From Azolla caroliniana (taxonomy: Eukaryota > Plantae > Polypodiophyta), in NCBI GenBank assembly GCA_043228905.1, contig JBHGNT010001464.1:1-8074 (forward strand): a stretch of DNA of 8,074 nt, in the 5' to 3' direction. Numbering within the stretch: position 1 is the first letter of the stretch; every line of letters starts with the position of its first letter. Below the pieces are notes generated by a model. That model did not search any database. It saw only the letters and a program-made list of their open reading frames with translations, and had not been told where the DNA came from. The position numbers and the translations under genes were made by a program. Below, in pieces: positions 5,401 through 8,074 of this stretch.

Positions 5401-7591
5401 ATGAAATGTGAACTAGACTTTTTCCAGACTCGGGCCCAAGGTCGGCCTTCATCATCTCTTAAGGTGCATTCTTTGGTGTCCATCTTACTTTGCTCTAATG
5501 ATTACTCTATGATTGGGGAAAATCTAAATTTGATGTGAGGTTCCAGGATCGCCACATTGTTTCTTCTCACAAGGTCAAAAAAATGAATTTTGTAGAAGTC
5601 AGAAGCTTCTGGCATCTTTTCAGAAGTTTTGATCGCATGTGGACCTTTTACATTTTAGCCTTACAGGTATACTTGCATGAAAAACGTGAAAGAGAATACG
5701 TGTGAATAATTTTGGCCTTTATGCTTTTGATCTTTCTTTGGGAATGACGTCAACATTTTATGTACTTTTGTGGAAATCATAACAGACACACTGAATTGAA
5801 TTTGTGAAAGAAAAACCACAAATTAAATGGATATTTTGCAGGCACTGATTATCTTAACCCAGACGGAAACAGGTTCTCTTCTTGAAGTTTTCCAGCTTTC
5901 TGTATTTGAGAACGTCTTAAGCATATTCATAACAGCAGCAATACTTCGTTTGCTACAAGGTCTAATCTTGTTTATTGTATCTTGAGATGAATTATTATTT
6001 CAGCCCTCAAATTTAAACATCGTTAAGAAGAAAGCTGGATTACTCTTATACTTTGCAGTGATGCTCGATATTGCGTTAAATTTCAAAGCTTATCACTCCT
6101 TCAAGCTAAGCAATATGCTAAGATTGTCATTGAAGCTAGTAATAGCTGTGGCATGGGTTATTGCATTGCCAATCTGCTATGTACATTCATGGGAAAACCC
6201 AACTGGCATTATAAAAGTGATCAAAGATTGGCTTCGTGAAACAGGAAAGATTCCCTCGTTATATATTACGGTAGTTATAATCTATCTTTTGCCAAATGTC
6301 CTCGGTGCTGTTCTGTTTTTGCTGCCTTCTCTGAGGACAATGATTGAAAAGTCCAATTGGAAGATATTCCAGTTCCTGCTCTGGTGGTCACAAGTAAGTT
6401 TTCTGCATTTTCGTTATTTTTATACTCAAAAACTTATTCTCCCACAACGAGTTAAGGAAATAATATGAATGAAGTGGTTTTCTGGCACTTCATTTCATTG
6501 TGTTTGATACTCAATCCAGTCCACCCTGGCCTTTGTCTCTGCAGAGTGTGGCCCAGGTAGTATACTGGGTTTTTGATGAGATTACACCTACTCTCGAGCA
6601 TTGATTATGTGCAATATCCTAGTTTCTTGTTTTATGAAGATTCTTTCATCATCATTTATATATGAGTTCTAACGTTCCATATTTCATGTAAGAACATTTC
6701 AAATAAGTTAAAGTTTAGGGTCCCTGGCCTCCTTGTTAAGTCTGAGTGATTCGAATAAATGTGAGCAGAACTAATGATTTAAGCAGAATCAATTCTACAA
6801 AAATAAATGCAGCAATGTGAATATACGAGAAAATATATTTATGGAATGTTAAACATTTTGTGGATGCAGCCTCGTTTGTATGTTGGACGAGGAATGCAGG
6901 AGGGTGCTGTTGCTCTGTTCAAGTAATCGATCTCATGCTCAAAGGGATGTATTTTTTTTGCTTGAAAGTTTCTGATATTCATCTTTGAATGACAGGTACA
7001 CAATATTCTGGATTGCTCTTCTGATCTGCAAATTTAGCTTTAGTTATTACATTCAGGTCAGGAGGTTTCTTTTTTTTGCTATTGTGCCAGACTTTTATAT
7101 TTGTCAGTTGTATCTTCCATTAGCATTCTTGGACATCATTTTAGTGAGTTGAGGGAGACTGTTTTGGCAGATTAAACCGTTGATGAAGCTTACACATGAC
7201 ATTATGGGTGTGACTTCTGTTCATTATGCGTGGCATGAGTTTTTCCCCCGCGGTATATTTTCGGCAATTGCATTTTTGAAAGATCCTATAATTTGTGTTT
7301 CATTATTGTTAATTACGATCATTTTATGCCTAATAACTATGAGAACTGTTATGCTAACAGCAAAATATAACGTTGGAGCTTTGATCTCTGTTTGGGTTCC
7401 TGTGATTTTGGTATGTTTATATAAAGTGGAATGTTGGTTTGGTACTTTATATCTAGGTACAGAATTTGACTTACTGAACAATTGCCATATCTCTGTTTCT
7501 GCAGGTCTATTTTATGGATACTCAAATATGGTATGCTGTTTTTTCCACACTTGTGGGGGGAGTGGCTGGTGCCTTTCGCCGTCTCGGTGAG
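2273..7591 (+). CDS. CalS: Callose synthase (glucan synthase-like, GT48), most like CalS5/GSL2; 5' partial, 20 exons, 755 aa, continues past the window
   Basis: join(2273-2456,2556-2656,3140-3261,3387-3474,3552-3662,4019-4141,4231-4323,4422-4513,4608-4746,4969-5103,5191-5267,5370-5463,5547-5666,5842-5959,6059-6393,6870-6922,6996-7056,7171-7252,7361-7410,7505-7591). Hallmark motifs: [138 protein letters not shown]. The family call is firm; the subclade is from recalled similarity only. Confidence 0.97.
2556..2656 (+). CDS. CalS: CalS exon 2 ([33 protein letters not shown])
   Basis: Acceptor TGCAG ending 2555; donor GTAAAT at 2657; conserved motif. Confidence 0.95.
2822..3126 (+). repeat. Degenerate motif array in intron 2 (AATCACT x5, GTAC x7, GTTTACTG x3)
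   Basis: TCAAGGAA(T/C)GTAATCACTA at 2822-2840 and 3095-3113; ACAAGTTTACTG at 3047-3058 and 3115-3126. Confidence 0.75.
3140..3261 (+). CDS. CalS: CalS exon 3 ([41 protein letters not shown])
   Basis: Acceptor TGCAG ending 3139; donor GTAATT at 3262, phase 2. Confidence 0.93.
3387..3474 (+). CDS. CalS: CalS exon 4 ([29 protein letters not shown])
   Basis: Acceptor TACAG ending 3386; donor GTAATT at 3475; [11 protein letters not shown] motif. Confidence 0.93.
3552..3662 (+). CDS. CalS: CalS exon 5 ([37 protein letters not shown])
   Basis: Acceptor TGCAG ending 3551; donor GTACTT at 3663; YNILPLD motif. Confidence 0.93.
4019..4141 (+). CDS. CalS: CalS exon 6 ([10 protein letters not shown]...[13 protein letters not shown])
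   Basis: Acceptor GCCAG ending 4018; donor GTAATC at 4142; DWL..MFGFQ motif. Confidence 0.93.
4231..4323 (+). CDS. CalS: CalS exon 7 ([31 protein letters not shown])
   Basis: Acceptor TGCAG ending 4230; donor GTATTT at 4324. Confidence 0.95.
4422..4513 (+). CDS. CalS: CalS exon 8 ([31 protein letters not shown])
   Basis: Acceptor GTCAG ending 4421; donor GTCTGG at 4514, phase 2; LFKNY..WC motif. Confidence 0.92.
4608..4746 (+). CDS. CalS: CalS exon 9 (FSLGPN...[23 protein letters not shown]), FKS1_dom1 region
   Basis: The phase-compatible acceptor is TGCAG ending 4607; donor GTATGT at 4747. Confidence 0.93.
4804..4845 (+). repeat. Intronic duplicate of the exon 9 3' end / intron 9 start (4720-4770), lacking the splice donor
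   Basis: Aligns as a 23/24 match, a 9-nt deletion (AACGTATGT), then a 16/18 match. Confidence 0.9.
4969..5103 (+). CDS. CalS: CalS exon 10 (MASELKGML...[22 protein letters not shown])
   Basis: Acceptor TGCAG ending 4968; donor GTGCCT at 5104; [10 protein letters not shown] motif. Confidence 0.95.
5191..5267 (+). CDS. CalS: CalS exon 11 ([26 protein letters not shown])
   Basis: Acceptor CGTAG ending 5190; donor GTAATG at 5268, phase 2. Confidence 0.95.
5370..5463 (+). CDS. CalS: CalS exon 12 ([31 protein letters not shown])
   Basis: Acceptor TGCAG ending 5369; donor GTGCAT at 5464. The 3' boundary lies in a variable loop and is less certain. Confidence 0.85.
5547..5666 (+). CDS. CalS: CalS exon 13 ([40 protein letters not shown])
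   Basis: Acceptor TCCAG ending 5546, with an alternative in-frame AG ending 5573; donor GTATAC at 5667. Confidence 0.87.
5842..5959 (+). CDS. CalS: CalS exon 14 (ALIILTQ...[16 protein letters not shown])
   Basis: Acceptor TGCAG ending 5841; donor GTCTAA at 5960, phase 1; SIFITAA motif. Confidence 0.92.
6059..6393 (+). CDS. CalS: CalS exon 15 (MLDIALNF...LLWWSQ), several transmembrane segments
   Basis: Acceptor TGCAG ending 6058; consensus donor GTAAGT at 6394; matches the supplied ORF 6058-6468. Confidence 0.95.
6870..6922 (+). CDS. CalS: CalS exon 16 ([18 protein letters not shown])
   Basis: Acceptor TGCAG ending 6869; donor GTAATC at 6923, phase 2. Confidence 0.94.
6996..7056 (+). CDS. 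CalS: CalS exon 17 ([20 protein letters not shown])
   Basis: Acceptor GACAG ending 6995; donor GTCAGG at 7057. Confidence 0.94.
7171..7252 (+). CDS. CalS: CalS exon 18 ([28 protein letters not shown])
   Basis: Acceptor GGCAG ending 7170; donor GTATAT at 7253, phase 1. Confidence 0.94.
7361..7410 (+). CDS. CalS: CalS exon 19 ([16 protein letters not shown])
   Basis: Acceptor AACAG ending 7360; donor GTATGT at 7411. Confidence 0.92.
7505..7591 (+). CDS. CalS: CalS exon 20 ([29 protein letters not shown])
   Basis: Acceptor TGCAG ending 7504; donor GTTAGA at 7592. Confidence 0.95.
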
Positions 7592-8074
7592 GTTAGAAAT
7601 CAATCACAAACAGATGTTTTTATGGAGTCCGAAATTATTTTCCATGCTATCGGAATTGTCTTGTGCCATTGTTTAATATGAGCTCATGTAACCTGTTCTT
7701 CTGCTATGGTGTAACACAATATAAAGTGTATATCATAACAATGATGTGATCATCTGCATGGCCTTTCCTTGGACGGAAATGCTATATATATTTATGTATG
7801 TCTAAATGTGTATGTGTACACATGTGGACAATATGGATATCTCACAACCAATCGTACTGCGTATAGTAGCAATTTCTGACACATTGGATTTTTAGGTTTT
7901 CACTTAGGCAATCTCTACATGATTCTTGATGAGCCTCAAAACATACACAGAATACACAAGGCATGTCCTCCCAGTCATTTTTGAATGTTTCCAATCTTAA
8001 GACAGATAGGGGCACACTGGTTACGTCCTTGCAATCATTTTTGTGGGCTGTCACCTCGGATTAAGATAAGTATT
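7592..8074 (+). other. CalS intron 20, truncated by the window edge
   Basis: Begins with GT after ...RLGE. The expected next exon (IRTLGMLRSRF-like) is not seen in the window. Confidence 0.85.

Noticed and set aside
6520-6731. CCCTGGCCT repeated twice in intron 15
   Set aside because: An isolated 9-mer with no extended similarity; compatible with chance.
2273-7591. Pseudogene status or non-canonical (GC-AG, AT-AC) introns
   Set aside because: All 19 complete introns fit GT-AG with consistent phases, and the spliced frame is open.
7842-8054. 70-aa minus-strand ORF in intron 20
   Set aside because: GTG start, no recognisable domain, and a length expected by chance.

Overview
AT-rich land-plant nuclear DNA holding the 5' part of an intron-rich callose synthase gene (CalS/GSL, GT48 1,3-beta-glucan synthase) on the + strand. 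I assembled 20 coding exons by hand from ATG 2273 to 7591. All introns are GT-AG and phase-consistent, giving 2265 nt = 755 codons with no stop or frameshift. The exons cover the N-terminal Vta1-like region, the FKS1_dom1 region and the first transmembrane cluster; the gene runs off the right edge inside intron 20. From memory the protein is most like CalS5/GSL2, with some CalS1-3-like traits. Upstream are a ~500 bp MITE-like element (1-499), facing CT and GA microsatellite tracts, a duplicated cassette with overlapping tiny uORFs, a (GTTC)7 repeat and a decayed ~125 bp tandem array. I see no convincing new biological system. The best leads are possible regulation of this CalS: twin TAATG uORF cassettes, a GTAC/AATCACT motif cluster in intron 2, a stop-free in-frame hydrophobic intron 18, and intronic duplicates of splice junctions. 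Most ORFs in the supplied track are artefacts.
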